From a virus, in IMG/VR virus record IMGVR_UViG_3300030390_001877, positions 32,001-96,000 of that record: a DNA stretch of 64,000 bases. One strand, 5' to 3'. The notes under the pieces are model-generated. The model had not been told where the DNA came from. It saw only the letters and a program-made list of their open reading frames with translations, and made no database searches. A program made the translations under genes and the position numbers. The stretch's first letter is position 1, and each line of letters starts with the position of its first letter. Below are positions 54,847 through 64,000 of the stretch, in pieces.

Positions 54847-55095
54847 CTACTCTCCTGTAAATAACCATTTCAAATCCAACCATTCAAAGGTTAACTCTCC
54901 GAATATAAAACTTGATAACAAAGCTGTTACCATAAATAGCACCCAACCTGCAATAAGATATACAGATTCTAAGCCGCCTCTATCTTTGTGTATACTGTAA
55001 ACACCAACCCCATATAAAGCAACAATACCCCACCAAGGAGCATGTACTCCAACTAGCCAACCTATTAAAATTATGAATATAGAAGGTAAAATCAT
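54847..55095 (-). CDS. membrane protein
   Basis: Three hydrophobic segments. Confidence 0.7.
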   Translation of the reverse strand: MILPSIFIILIGWLVGVHAPWWGIVALYGVGVYSIHKDRGGLESVYLIAGWVLFMVTALLSSFIFGELTFEWLDLKWLFTGE

Positions 55096-55364
55096 TCTTC
55101 TATCCCCTCTTTAATAGATTCATCTATATTATTCCAAAATTTCTGTCCTTGGGGTGTGTATACCCATACAAAAGCATTAACTAAACAATCATCCCAATCC
55201 CAAGACCACCCTTTATCTACCTCATACCCCCTATAAGCCTTTGTAAGCTCTTCTAAAGCAGCTACCTTCCCTATCACACTAGATACTTCTTTAAATAGTG
55301 CTGTGTTGTTTATAAGTGCCTTATTTTCGATATTTGATTCTTGTTTCATGTTAGCTCCTTCCAA
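55092..55364 (-). CDS. hypothetical protein
   Basis: F.W..TPQG..FW motif. Confidence 0.65.
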   Translation of the reverse strand: MEGANMKQESNIENKALINNTALFKEVSSVIGKVAALEELTKAYRGYEVDKGWSWDWDDCLVNAFVWVYTPQGQKFWNNIDESIKEGIEE

Positions 55365-55657
55365 ACAGTAGACACCACTTCAACAGATTCACATTTCACC
55401 CAACCATAATTATCTTCTAAACGACATTTATAACTATCGTAAGAATTATCTCCTTCAAACTCTTGCATCCAATAACCTACTAAATCTTCATCTACTTCAC
55501 AGATGTCTTCTTTTTCAAGATTGTAATACTTTGCGTTAGGTGAAACCTTTATAATATATCTTGTTTGCGCTATACCTTTTCGTAAGTTTACAAAAGTTGC
55601 TTCAACGTACTCTGCACACTCTAACATTTGGTGTAATTGTTGTTTATTAAAAATCAT
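55346..55657 (-). CDS. hypothetical protein
   Basis: 103 aa. Confidence 0.65.
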   Translation of the reverse strand: MIFNKQQLHQMLECAEYVEATFVNLRKGIAQTRYIIKVSPNAKYYNLEKEDICEVDEDLVGYWMQEFEGDNSYDSYKCRLEDNYGWVKCESVEVVSTVWKELT

Positions 55658-55829
55658 TCAATTTCTCCTCGTATAATTCAATAAAATCTTTCCAGCACAT
55701 AACACCTTTCCCACCAAACTCGTTTAAGTAAGTGACAACTCCTGCTACACGATTACCTTCCTTGTCAACAGAATCTTCTTTTAAAGAGAGAACTGTTACT
55801 TGTTGGAGAATTTTTCTTTTGTAAATCAT
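55647..55829 (-). CDS. hypothetical protein
   Basis: 60 aa, coupled. Confidence 0.6.
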   Translation of the reverse strand: MIYKRKILQQVTVLSLKEDSVDKEGNRVAGVVTYLNEFGGKGVMCWKDFIELYEEKLNDF

Positions 55830-56188
55830 AATTCGTTCTCCATTAAAAGTTTCATTGCTAAAGGTATTAATCTCTCTTCATCTTGAGGTAAGAAACCTTT
55901 CAAATCATAATCACCTGCATAAACAATCCACGTTGATAAAAGTTTTTCTTCGTTTTCCCAAGATTTTATTTCTGCAGTGTTTCCTTTGAAGAAGAATCTA
56001 ACTGTTGGGTTCATGTGATCATTTTCTTCATCGTTGTCTAACATTTCACATAAAACTAACTCATCTTCTTTACGAACACCTAATTTATACAGACTGCACT
56101 CTTTCTTACAACCCCACACTTCTGCAAAGAACTTGTGACCATTAGGTAGGTGTCTAAGATTTGCGTCAAACATATTCATTCTCCTCAA
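55826..56188 (-). CDS. hypothetical protein
   Basis: 120 aa downstream of a promoter. Confidence 0.65.
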   Translation of the reverse strand: MRRMNMFDANLRHLPNGHKFFAEVWGCKKECSLYKLGVRKEDELVLCEMLDNDEENDHMNPTVRFFFKGNTAEIKSWENEEKLLSTWIVYAGDYDLKGFLPQDEERLIPLAMKLLMENEL

Positions 56189-56245
56189 AATATTAACTCA
56201 ACAAAAAGAACCTTTCAGAAACGAAAAATCCCTCCAATAGATATG

Positions 56246-56274
56246 AGTCTACGGGAAGGATTATTTGTTGTCAA
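56246..56274 (-). promoter_or_regulatory. sigma70-like promoter
   Basis: TTGACA-N17-TAGACT; first 14 nt identical to promoter 820-848. Confidence 0.7.
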
Positions 56275-56303
56275 GGGTAACTTAAATAAATTAATTAATT
56301 TGT

Positions 56304-56765
56304 TTAATCTCTAAAACCTATCAGGTCAGTACCATCATAAATATTACTATCATTGAAACGTTGAGCTTCCGAGATAAACTCTCTATCCTCAAAAGCTTCT
56401 CTCATTTTTCTAACAATAATACGTTTAACATCTCTGTGAAGATTTATAATCTTATCCCCCTCCTTGATTGAGTTGTCAGAGTAGTCCTCTGCATAAAGAG
56501 ATACTTTATCCATGTGTATATTCTTATATTTTGCTTCAAGAGAACCATCTTTTTCTATAAAGTTACCTATCACACCTTTGATAAGTGTTTCAATTGCACT
56601 TACTAGTATATTAACTTGAACTGAACCGTCATCAAGATACTCTATTGTTGATGCTGGAAACATATCGTACCAATCCCCTTTTAAGAAGTGATCTGGGTCT
56701 TGTCTTACTAGGCATTCTAAAATGTAAGTGCTTTCTTTACAAAACACTTCATTACGTATTTTCAT
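56304..56765 (-). CDS. hypothetical protein
   Basis: 153 aa with AAGGA SD. Confidence 0.7.
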   Translation of the reverse strand: MKIRNEVFCKESTYILECLVRQDPDHFLKGDWYDMFPASTIEYLDDGSVQVNILVSAIETLIKGVIGNFIEKDGSLEAKYKNIHMDKVSLYAEDYSDNSIKEGDKIINLHRDVKRIIVRKMREAFEDREFISEAQRFNDSNIYDGTDLIGFRD

Positions 56766-56813
56766 ATAATTATCCTTAGTGTTAAATTGTTACTTGTAAA
56801 TAAAACCATATTC

Positions 56814-58106
56814 CTAAAATTCAATCTTGTAGTGAAAGTTATCTGTGTTACCAAAAGTTTCTACCCAAGATTTCCTCATTATGCTTATTAACTCTGCTTG
56901 ATTACTCTTTTCCACAATAAAACTGTCGTGGTAACCTAGCGCAACAAAACCTTTATTCATAGAATGAACTAAAACTTTCTCACAAATATCAGAATCTAGG
57001 TTTTGAAGTATTTTGTAATTGTAACTTCCTTTACCAAAAAACTTAAGCTCCTTATTGTACTCTAAGAGTTTATCCACTACATGTTCACAGTTCATTTTTG
57101 TAATCCCTAAACCTTCTAGGAAATCTTCATCACCACTTTTAACTATATTATACAAAGCTAGTTTGGCGTTCCTATTACTAACACAATTTATAATACACAT
57201 CAAAGCTAGTTTACAGAAACCTCTTAGATTTTTCTTACCTTTAAGTAATTCGCTTAGTTCAGAATCATACATAGAGTAGGGGTCTTTGCCGCCTAAGTCC
57301 ACTCCTTGTAGCGTGCCTATGATATTAGTGTGTAAAGCTACTAAATCAACTTCTGTAACCTTATTACCGCTTATTTCTATAGTCTTTCTTAATTCTTTTC
57401 TGGCTGTCTGGAAAGATCCCACTTCATACCATCTACCACAACCAAACAAATCATCCATATAAACTCTTTTATAGAATAATTTATGCTCTTTTCCGTCTAT
57501 AGTGATTACAAACTTGTCTATAAAGTTGTTATACCTTTTAACCACCTCCCTTCTAAGCTTAACCATCTTAAACTTAGTAAGCTTTTCGTATTTATGTCTA
57601 ACTTTGTTTACTTTATAACAAACCTCTATCTCTGGTGAATCTGATCTTGGGTCTTTTGTGAGGTTTAAGATTTTATCGTCTACTAAAGATAGTAAACTTT
57701 CAGAAAATATGACTCTAGAAGATATATTAACATCCTCTTTCATATCTTTATAACCTAGGTATGTTGTAAGGAATCCATCTTCGTCTAATGTATCTACCAA
57801 TTCGCACATTCTATCTTTGTTTAACTTAAGTTTACTCTTATTAATCTTGTTAAACTTAGTGTAAGATTCCCATCTCCTAGGAAACCAAACACCTTGTTTA
57901 TTAATCTTTTTGGCTTTAGCAATACATATAGCCAACATATACATCTCATTTTCAAACTTTTTCAATGGTAGTTGTGACAGATCAGCTATAGCTCCTACAA
58001 CTTTGTTAAGGTAGTTAGCTTTGTAGGGTGTGTAATATAAATTACCTACCGTGTTTATCAGTACCCAAGACCTCTCTTCTTTCTTTAATTCCTTTAGTGT
58101 TAACAT
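56814..58106 (-). CDS. minimal family A / T7-RNAP-fold polymerase-like protein
   Basis: GRWY; motif A EVDLVALH; motif B RGFCKLALMCIIN; motif C YHDSFIV; no exonuclease domain; possible N-terminal winged helix. Confidence 0.6.
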   Translation of the reverse strand: MLTLKELKKEERSWVLINTVGNLYYTPYKANYLNKVVGAIADLSQLPLKKFENEMYMLAICIAKAKKINKQGVWFPRRWESYTKFNKINKSKLKLNKDRMCELVDTLDEDGFLTTYLGYKDMKEDVNISSRVIFSESLLSLVDDKILNLTKDPRSDSPEIEVCYKVNKVRHKYEKLTKFKMVKLRREVVKRYNNFIDKFVITIDGKEHKLFYKRVYMDDLFGCGRWYEVGSFQTARKELRKTIEISGNKVTEVDLVALHTNIIGTLQGVDLGGKDPYSMYDSELSELLKGKKNLRGFCKLALMCIINCVSNRNAKLALYNIVKSGDEDFLEGLGITKMNCEHVVDKLLEYNKELKFFGKGSYNYKILQNLDSDICEKVLVHSMNKGFVALGYHDSFIVEKSNQAELISIMRKSWVETFGNTDNFHYKIEF

Positions 58107-58260
58107 TGTTTTGTTGATCTCCGTAGTAATAACTGTAAATATCAATGTCGTTTATTTTGATGTAGTCTATACACTTTATAACATATAAAGCTACACTTAA
58201 TTTACCTCGTACCTTAGATATATGATTTAATAAAGGTTGGGGTATATGTAAATTTATCAT
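58042..58260 (-). CDS. small RHH-like DNA-binding protein (tentative)
   Basis: INLHIP strand followed by two helices; overlaps the start of the next gene. Confidence 0.35.
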   Translation of the reverse strand: MINLHIPQPLLNHISKVRGKLSVALYVIKCIDYIKINDIDIYSYYYGDQQNNVNTKGIKERREVLGTDKHGR

Positions 58261-58376
58261 AGGATTCCTTAGTAATAATATAATACTTATAAGAAGTAAG
58301 TAACCAACTCGGAAGAAATAGGTTAGACAAACCCTTACACCTCGGGACTTACAAGAGATATGACCCCCCTAATTTA

Positions 58377-58616
58377 CTATTCTGGAAAATCATCAAAATT
58401 GCTTGTTATTTCCCCTACAATAAGACCTACTTTAACTCCGAATACGTGAAGCAAAACCTCCTCTATCTTCTCTATAGAGACACCATGATCTCCTTTCAGT
58501 ATTATAGATAATTGTTTTCTGGTTATTCCTCCTGCAGAGCATATATCATTATAACTAAAACCTGACTCATCTTTCTGATCTTTCATAATTTGGGACAAAT
58601 GCTTTCTTAAGCTCAA
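58377..58616 (-). CDS. XRE-family HTH protein
   Basis: SGFSYNDIC..GGITRKQLS.IL.G....SIEKIEEVL. Confidence 0.75.
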   Translation of the reverse strand: MSLRKHLSQIMKDQKDESGFSYNDICSAGGITRKQLSIILKGDHGVSIEKIEEVLLHVFGVKVGLIVGEITSNFDDFPE

Positions 58617-58639
58617 ATTTAATCCTCCTGTAAAACTAT

Positions 58640-58668
58640 ATTATATCACATAGTATACTTATTGTAAA
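58640..58668 (-). promoter_or_regulatory. sigma70-like promoter
   Basis: TTTACA-N17-TATAAT with TGn. Confidence 0.75.
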
Positions 58669-58729
58669 CCACTTCACCCTACATTACGTATACTTGTTGC
58701 ATCTTCCTGTAGTATAAATATATCACTCC

Positions 58730-59128
58730 TCACAACCTAAAACACTTATCAACAACAGCATCCAATGCAGTAGTAGCCTTCCACTCAGAGTACCACCAAT
58801 AATAAAAGCTATGTCCTTCAGAGTTCTTCCCTCCAACATAATTGTACGCACCTCTTACTTCCTTGTGAATATTAGCTCTCACTTCTTCTGCAAGGAATTT
58901 CCTATTCTCCTCACCAACCATATTCAATGTTAAAAGATTCCACCCATTACAAGGTATTTTCTGAGAGTAACCTTCCACAACAACAGATGCCACCTCCAAA
59001 GCAGATTGCTTCTCCTCTTTAGAAAGAGATACAGCGTTCAAGCCAAACCCTAAAGCAACAATCACCCCTAAAGATAACACCCCTTTAAAATGTTTCTTGT
59101 TAAGCTTAAAATTCGATAAATTCATCAC
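58730..59128 (-). CDS. membrane-anchored hypothetical protein
   Basis: N-terminal TM/signal segment. Confidence 0.65.
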   Translation of the reverse strand: MMNLSNFKLNKKHFKGVLSLGVIVALGFGLNAVSLSKEEKQSALEVASVVVEGYSQKIPCNGWNLLTLNMVGEENRKFLAEEVRANIHKEVRGAYNYVGGKNSEGHSFYYWWYSEWKATTALDAVVDKCFRL

Positions 59129-59528
59129 ATGACACTCCTCTTCGTTGTAACACTTCTACTAAAGGGGTTATTTCCCGCTTGTAGTCCTCTGTGTGACGTT
59201 TTCTAATCTCTTTGATACGAGATATCACCTTCTCAGAAACAACGTCTTGTAGCTCTGCTACGGAAGGATTCTCCTGTTGATACAAGTATTCTTTACAAGC
59301 AAGGAATTCTTCTTTGGGGTAACATTTACCCAGATACTCTAATCCCTCAGCAGGTAAGAAGTTCTCGGGAATATACCCGTTCTCATGGTCAAACAACCCC
59401 TCTGGGTAAAAATCAAAATAACTGTCTTTAAAAACAATCTCGCCGTCAGCATCATAAGAAACCCCAGTTACTCCCTCAGGCCATTCCTCAACATGCTTAC
59501 AAATATAAATCAAATCTTTATTAAACAT
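59106..59528 (-). CDS. hypothetical protein
   Basis: 140 aa. Confidence 0.7.
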   Translation of the reverse strand: MFNKDLIYICKHVEEWPEGVTGVSYDADGEIVFKDSYFDFYPEGLFDHENGYIPENFLPAEGLEYLGKCYPKEEFLACKEYLYQQENPSVAELQDVVSEKVISRIKEIRKRHTEDYKREITPLVEVLQRRGVSCDEFIEF

Positions 59529-59946
59529 TCACCATCTCCTTAATCTGTTTCTTTAAATCTGCACACATTGTAATCAACTGTTTCTCTTTGTCAAGAAGTA
59601 TTTCACGAACATTATTATTTTCTTCAGGTGTTGTCACTCTAAAAGACCTCACTTCCAGCCAGTAACCCTCTTCCTCTCGATTACTCTTATGAACAACATC
59701 ATACCACATATCTTCTTTTATGAAGGTGTTGTAGTTAACCATAGGGTGTATACCTTCCACTAACTGGACAAGGTGTTTGTTAAGCTCGAATATATCTATC
59801 CCAAGATGTATTTCCACTACAAGAACAGAACTACCGTCTGAATAGTCTCCCTCAGATATAATCAATAATTCCCGTTGTACCTTTTCTAGTTCATATTCCT
59901 GATCCTTGAGGGATCTTGTTAAGTCATATAACTTTTGAGTGTTCAT
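59521..59946 (-). CDS. hypothetical protein
   Basis: 141 aa with AGGAG SD. Confidence 0.7.
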   Translation of the reverse strand: MNTQKLYDLTRSLKDQEYELEKVQRELLIISEGDYSDGSSVLVVEIHLGIDIFELNKHLVQLVEGIHPMVNYNTFIKEDMWYDVVHKSNREEEGYWLEVRSFRVTTPEENNNVREILLDKEKQLITMCADLKKQIKEMVNV

Positions 59947-59976
59947 ATTATTCTCCTAAATAATTAACGTTCAATA

Positions 59977-60043
59977 AGAATACATCTTCTAAATTACAGT
60001 GTCAACCTCTAATATTGATTATTTTTAGGTAAGGTGTTATAAT
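59977..60043. promoter_or_regulatory. back-to-back divergent sigma70-like promoters
   Basis: Minus: TTGACA(60005-60000)-N17-TATTCT. Plus: TTGATT(60015)-N17-TATAAT(60038-60043). Confidence 0.75.
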
Positions 60044-60110
60044 ATTTACTTGCAGAGGGTTATCTATAACTTCTGTTATACCCACAAACTTTTATAAGGA
60101 ATATTTATAA

Positions 60111-60467
60111 ATGTCTCCTGAAGTGTTGGTGGTTTTGTTCAAGTATGGATGGATACCTGTCTCAGGGTGGTTTCTTTGGTTAAAGCAACAAGATAAGATC
60201 AAACTAGACAACACATACACTAAAGAAGAAACTAAAGAACAGATCAAGTCACATATAGATCCTCTTAAGACTTCTCATGAACTAAAACACCAAAATCTAG
60301 AAGAAAAACTAAACTCTATTCAAAGTATGTTGACTATATTAAACAGTCAACGTCAAGAAGATAAAGAAAAGAGTGATGCAAAAGACGCAGCTTTATTAGA
60401 AGTGTTATCTAAGATGCAAACTAGTATAGCTGTAATAGAATCTAAAATCGACAAAAAGGAAAAATGA
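60111..60467 (+). CDS. membrane-anchored coiled-coil protein, lysis-cassette associated
   Basis: N-terminal TM then coiled coil; first gene of the holin-containing unit. Confidence 0.55.
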   Translation: MSPEVLVVLFKYGWIPVSGWFLWLKQQDKIKLDNTYTKEETKEQIKSHIDPLKTSHELKHQNLEEKLNSIQSMLTILNSQRQEDKEKSDAKDAALLEVLSKMQTSIAVIESKIDKKEK

Positions 60468-60543
60468 TAATGCCTAACGACCTAACTCCTCCAGATAAAA
60501 AAGATAAACCAAAAACACCGCCAGATAAACAAGAGTAAGCTTC

Positions 60544-61026
60544 GTGACCATCAGTTACATGCTGCAGGTGGTAGATTATTATGATGTTGTGTTCTTTGCA
60601 GTTATATTTCTACAAGAACACATAAAAGATTTTATCTCTACTGTAGTATGTTTCCTGATGAGTTATACAAGCATGTTACTGATACCTTTCATAATGATAA
60701 ACTACGGGTATGACTTCTACTCCTCTGCAATGTTCTATGAAGCGATATTCTTCTTCCTGTCTGTATTCTTAATAGGAAGTAAAGTTGGAGTGATTCTTTG
60801 CATAACAACTTTTACGGGATTTTTTATAAACTTTGTGGGTTATATGACCCCTACTGGAGATTTCTATATCTGGTACAGAGACTCTTATGGGTTATTGAAC
60901 GTTATTATGTTCGAAATATTAGTTTGGTCATGTATAGTAAACTCAAGATTAAAACCTTTTATAGATAAAATAAACCTGAAAATAACAAACTATTTAGAAA
61001 ATAAATCGAGGAGAAAAGAATGTTAA
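60544..61026 (+). CDS. multi-pass membrane protein
   Basis: About five hydrophobic segments. Confidence 0.7.
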   Translation: MTISYMLQVVDYYDVVFFAVIFLQEHIKDFISTVVCFLMSYTSMLLIPFIMINYGYDFYSSAMFYEAIFFFLSVFLIGSKVGVILCITTFTGFFINFVGYMTPTGDFYIWYRDSYGLLNVIMFEILVWSCIVNSRLKPFIDKINLKITNYLENKSRRKEC

Positions 61027-61484
61027 CCCTTTTACAAGGTGTCCTTACAGCAGGAATACCTTTTTTGAAACAATGGTGGGTTGGTAAGCAAGAAGAAGCT
61101 AAAAGGAAGCTGGAGATTAAGCAGCAAGTTGTTGCTACCAAACAACAAATACTTCTAGAAACAGCTAAATCTTCTATCACAAACACCTCCGAAAGAATTA
61201 AACAAATGGCAAATAGTTTTAAAGATGAGTTTACAATGATCGTAATCTTCTGGCCTTTTGTGACATCAATTATATCCCCTTATATAGATTTATACTTCGC
61301 TTTGAAAACAAGCTCTTATCAACAAGGTATGTTGGCAGAGGCATCTTTAGCAGCAATACAATCTTTAAATCAGTTCCCTTTGTGGTACACATTGATCGTA
61401 ATCCTGATGATATTATATTCTTGGGGAGCTTCTAAGGAAGTAATTGAGAAGTTTTTTGATATGTTTAATTTTAGGAAGAAATAA
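61020..61484 (+). CDS. holin (GTA 3TM-like)
   Basis: SFKDEF...I..WP and FP.WY..IV.......WG motifs. Confidence 0.75.
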   Translation: MLTLLQGVLTAGIPFLKQWWVGKQEEAKRKLEIKQQVVATKQQILLETAKSSITNTSERIKQMANSFKDEFTMIVIFWPFVTSIISPYIDLYFALKTSSYQQGMLAEASLAAIQSLNQFPLWYTLIVILMILYSWGASKEVIEKFFDMFNFRKK

Positions 61485-61493
61485 GGAACAGTA

Positions 61494-62357
61494 ATGGCAT
61501 CGTCCGAAGAATTAGAGAGTATCGAGTGGGCTTCTACACTTGAATACGATAACACAGTAGATGAAGCAAATAGAACAAATATAATACCTGAAATAAAAAC
61601 AAGCGGATTAAAAGATAACCAACCTCTCCCCCGACAATGGCTTAATCAGCAATTCTATAATATTTGGCAAGTATGTCTATCCTTTCAATCAGACTTTGAT
61701 GCTTTGGAGATTGATTTATCTGACTTACAATCGCAAATAGATGCTAACAAAGATTCTATTACTACGAACAAATCCGAACAAAATGTTGTTAATAATGATT
61801 TACAATCTCAGATAGACGCTTTGGAATTAATTATTCTTGAGAAGATTTTCTCTGTCGGTAGTACTTGGAATACTAAAACAGAAGAAGACCCTGCCGTTAG
61901 GTTTGGTTTCGGGACTTGGGTGAAGCTGGATGGAAGATTTATAGCAGGTAGTAGTGAAACTGACGCTGCATTCCAACCTCTAGGAGCTTTAGGTGGTAAT
62001 AAGAATCACACCCATACAGACAATTTCTCTGTAGCCTCTCATACATTGACAGAAGCAGAAGTACCTACTTATGTCCATAATCATGAATTCAGAGATAGAT
62101 ATCATGCAGAAGATAGTACATCCTCTGATATGGTACAAGCTACTAATAAAGAAAATATGCCAGCAGGTTACAACGGTAACGCAGGTAGTGGGGTTAGTGA
62201 TTTAGACAATAACCAATGGTTATATTATGATACTAACACAGAAAATGCTACTTTTGGCGGGGGTGGTGGTCACTCGCACGTGTTAAATGGTAATATCGAT
62301 TCTGCAAGTAACCTACCTCCTTATGCAGTTTTCCACGTTTGGGAGCGTATATCTTAA
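61494..62357 (+). CDS. baseplate / tail fibre attachment protein (gp10 C-terminal-like)
   Basis: PRQWLN N-terminal motif; IF.VGS...P..RFGFGTW..L.GRFIAG; C-terminal NLPPY....WER. Confidence 0.75.
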   Translation: MASSEELESIEWASTLEYDNTVDEANRTNIIPEIKTSGLKDNQPLPRQWLNQQFYNIWQVCLSFQSDFDALEIDLSDLQSQIDANKDSITTNKSEQNVVNNDLQSQIDALELIILEKIFSVGSTWNTKTEEDPAVRFGFGTWVKLDGRFIAGSSETDAAFQPLGALGGNKNHTHTDNFSVASHTLTEAEVPTYVHNHEFRDRYHAEDSTSSDMVQATNKENMPAGYNGNAGSGVSDLDNNQWLYYDTNTENATFGGGGGHSHVLNGNIDSASNLPPYAVFHVWERIS

Positions 62358-62406
62358 TGGGTAAAATTATTAGAAGAATTTATAACAACAACAAAGGAAT
62401 TTTAAG

Positions 62407-64000
62407 ATGTCAATAATTTTAAGTGATGTTTATACAGGAAGGGTTGATACGACAGACCCTAATTATCCAAACGGTAAACCTCGTAACAAAGTGGGTGCTG
62501 TAGATGGGACAGGTACTCCTTATGAAGAGAAATACTTTCAGGATATAAGTGGTGCTTTCCAAGCTTTACTTGTCGAAGGAGGTATTACTGCATCAGGTAA
62601 CCCTGATAACGCTAATGTTTCTGATATACGTGATGCTATCCTGAAGATGATCCGAAAACCCTTAGTTTTGAAGGTGTTTCAATCCCCTACAGATGGTTTG
62701 ACGGAGATTAACACGCGCACCTTGCTTGGTGGTGAGGTGTATGAAATACGAAAAGTTAGTGATAACAGCTTTGCTACTATTTACAGTGATAAAGAGGGTT
62801 TAAACCCAATCACACAAGACGGCACGAGTAATGTTTCAGGTAGTGATGGGGTTGTTGAGTTTTATATTGCCGATGGGGATTATTACGTTGACGTTGGAGT
62901 TGTTTCAAAATCTTTTAGTGTTGGTCACGCTTCGGACTTGTCCTCTATTTATATATTTAATACTGTTGAAGGTTTTAAATCCAGCAAGATTGAATTTCCA
63001 GACGGTAAAACTATTCACATAAAAGAGCGTGATTCTGATTTCATCAAGATAACAGGAACCTCTACAGCTAACAATTTTAGCGTAATTGCTAGTAACGAAA
63101 TAGACCAGAGTGTAGAGTATGTACCAAATTTAGGGGTAGCTAGTGTTTACGGTTTAGGCGCTACAGCAGCGGCAGCTAATTTTGCTCAATCTAATTACAG
63201 CGCCATAGATTTTGGTAATTACGAGTACACTACAACCGAAAAAATATCAATATCGAATGGGGTAGCTATCCACTCTCAGGGCGCTAAGATTTTGAAAAAT
63301 TATGACGGTATAGGCATTGAGTTTACCAATCAATCTGCAACAGTAGATGTATTTGGTCGATTGGATGTCATAGGTTTTGGTGATTTTGCGGGTAATGGTT
63401 TGGTTGAGTCAGTATCTCCACTAGCTCACGGCATAAGCATAAAAAGTAGTCGCGTAAGAGTTCATGGGGCACTTTGGTCGTATAATCATGTGGGTGATGC
63501 TGTTAACTTTGACTCTGATAACCACGGCAACTCAAACAAGTCTGACTTTAATGAGTTGAGAGGGAACTCATCAAACGGGTATGGTATACGGTGTACAGGA
63601 ACGAGTGATGATACGTCCGTTTGGCGTATTGGTTTTTACGCACAGGGAAACTTTAAATCGGGCTTTTCCACATCATCTGATTTTATGGGGCGCAACTGGA
63701 ATGGTTTAATTTATAGTGAAAGCAATTGCAACGACACAACATCTACAGAGGTGGACATTGAAAAGTTGCGCGAGTCTGACTTGGTGATATATGCAGAAGC
63801 AGGTGTTGGTTCTTTGGAGGTTATGCTGGGTGAAAACACCAGTAACTTAGAGATTACAAGTCTGCGGTCTAATCTTGATAGTGACAACTCTCTGGCTCAA
63901 AATAACAGATGGAAAAGAGGCTCGCTAGCTGTTAACCCAGGGGTTTCTGGTGGTTCTAGAGTTGGTGAGGTGGGTGGTTTTAAGTTCGGAAGAGCTAGGG
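62407..64000 (+). CDS. tail fibre / tailspike (beta-helix receptor-binding protein), 3'-truncated
   Basis: ATG 62407, open to the window end (absent from the ORF track); N-terminal anchor DPNYP.GK.RN...DGTG; Gly/Asn/Ser-rich beta-helix-like body. Confidence 0.85.
   Translation, partial: MSIILSDVYTGRVDTTDPNYPNGKPRNKVGAVDGTGTPYEEKYFQDISGAFQALLVEGGITASGNPDNANVSDIRDAILKMIRKPLVLKVFQSPTDGLTEINTRTLLGGEVYEIRKVSDNSFATIYSDKEGLNPITQDGTSNVSGSDGVVEFYIADGDYYVDVGVVSKSFSVGHASDLSSIYIFNTVEGFKSSKIEFPDGKTIHIKERDSDFIKITGTSTANNFSVIASNEIDQSVEYVPNLGVASVYGLGATAAAANFAQSNYSAIDFGNYEYTTTEKISISNGVAIHSQGAKILKNYDGIGIEFTNQSATVDVFGRLDVIGFGDFAGNGLVESVSPLAHGISIKSSRVRVHGALWSYNHVGDAVNFDSDNHGNSNKSDFNELRGNSSNGYGIRCTGTSDDTSVWRIGFYAQGNFKSGFSTSSDFMGRNWNGLIYSESNCNDTTSTEVDIEKLRESDLVIYAEAGVGSLEVMLGENTSNLEITSLRSNLDSDNSLAQNNRWKRGSLAVNPGVSGGSRVGEVGGFKFGRAR

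Noticed and set aside
62357-62416. 19-codon ORF (MGKIIRRIYNNNKGILRCQ) bridging the two fibre genes
   Set aside because: Too short and featureless to support; the tailspike has its own SD-like AAGGA.
1-64000. CRISPR array or cas genes (ICP1-like phages can carry them)
   Set aside because: No regularly spaced 28-37 nt repeats and no Cas motifs seen; the only exact repeats are two promoter cassettes and the intron cores.
1-64000. tRNA or rRNA genes
   Set aside because: No cloverleaf with a TTCGA T-loop and acceptor stem recognised in the intergenic gaps; tRNAscan-SE/ARAGORN would be needed to exclude them.

Overview
This 64 kb window comes from a lytic, AT-rich contractile-tailed phage (myovirus). 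Its gene set resembles the ICP1/Felix O1/rV5 class, and the tailspike N-terminal module suggests a Vibrio-like marine gammaproteobacterial host (inference). Layout: small early genes (1-7.2 kb), T7-like primase-helicase and family A DNA polymerase (7.2-13.2 kb), promoter-driven accessory and membrane genes plus an SSB-like gene (14-22 kb), a minus-strand virion and packaging module (22.3-48.7 kb), nucleotide and DNA metabolism genes (49-60 kb), then a plus-strand holin and tail fibre/tailspike block that runs off the end. The window is unusually rich in intervening and selfish elements. Five group I introns could be mapped to the nucleotide from P1, P7, omega-G (and in three cases P10) and from restored reading frames: one in DNA polymerase motif C, two in the large terminase ATPase motifs, and two in the tape measure gene flanking a 25-nt micro-exon. 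Four of the five have no ORF, and three of those four sit in genes that abut free-standing HNH endonucleases. There is also a LAGLIDADG intein in the helicase Walker A, a transposase-less IS607-type TnpB with inferable ends and guide, and a Cys-rich T5orf172/GIY-YIG nuclease. A second, minimal polymerase of the family A/T7-RNAP fold lies at 56.8-58.1 kb behind HTH and RHH-like genes. No CRISPR array, tRNA or rRNA was recognised. All calls come from reading motifs by eye; no database searches were run.
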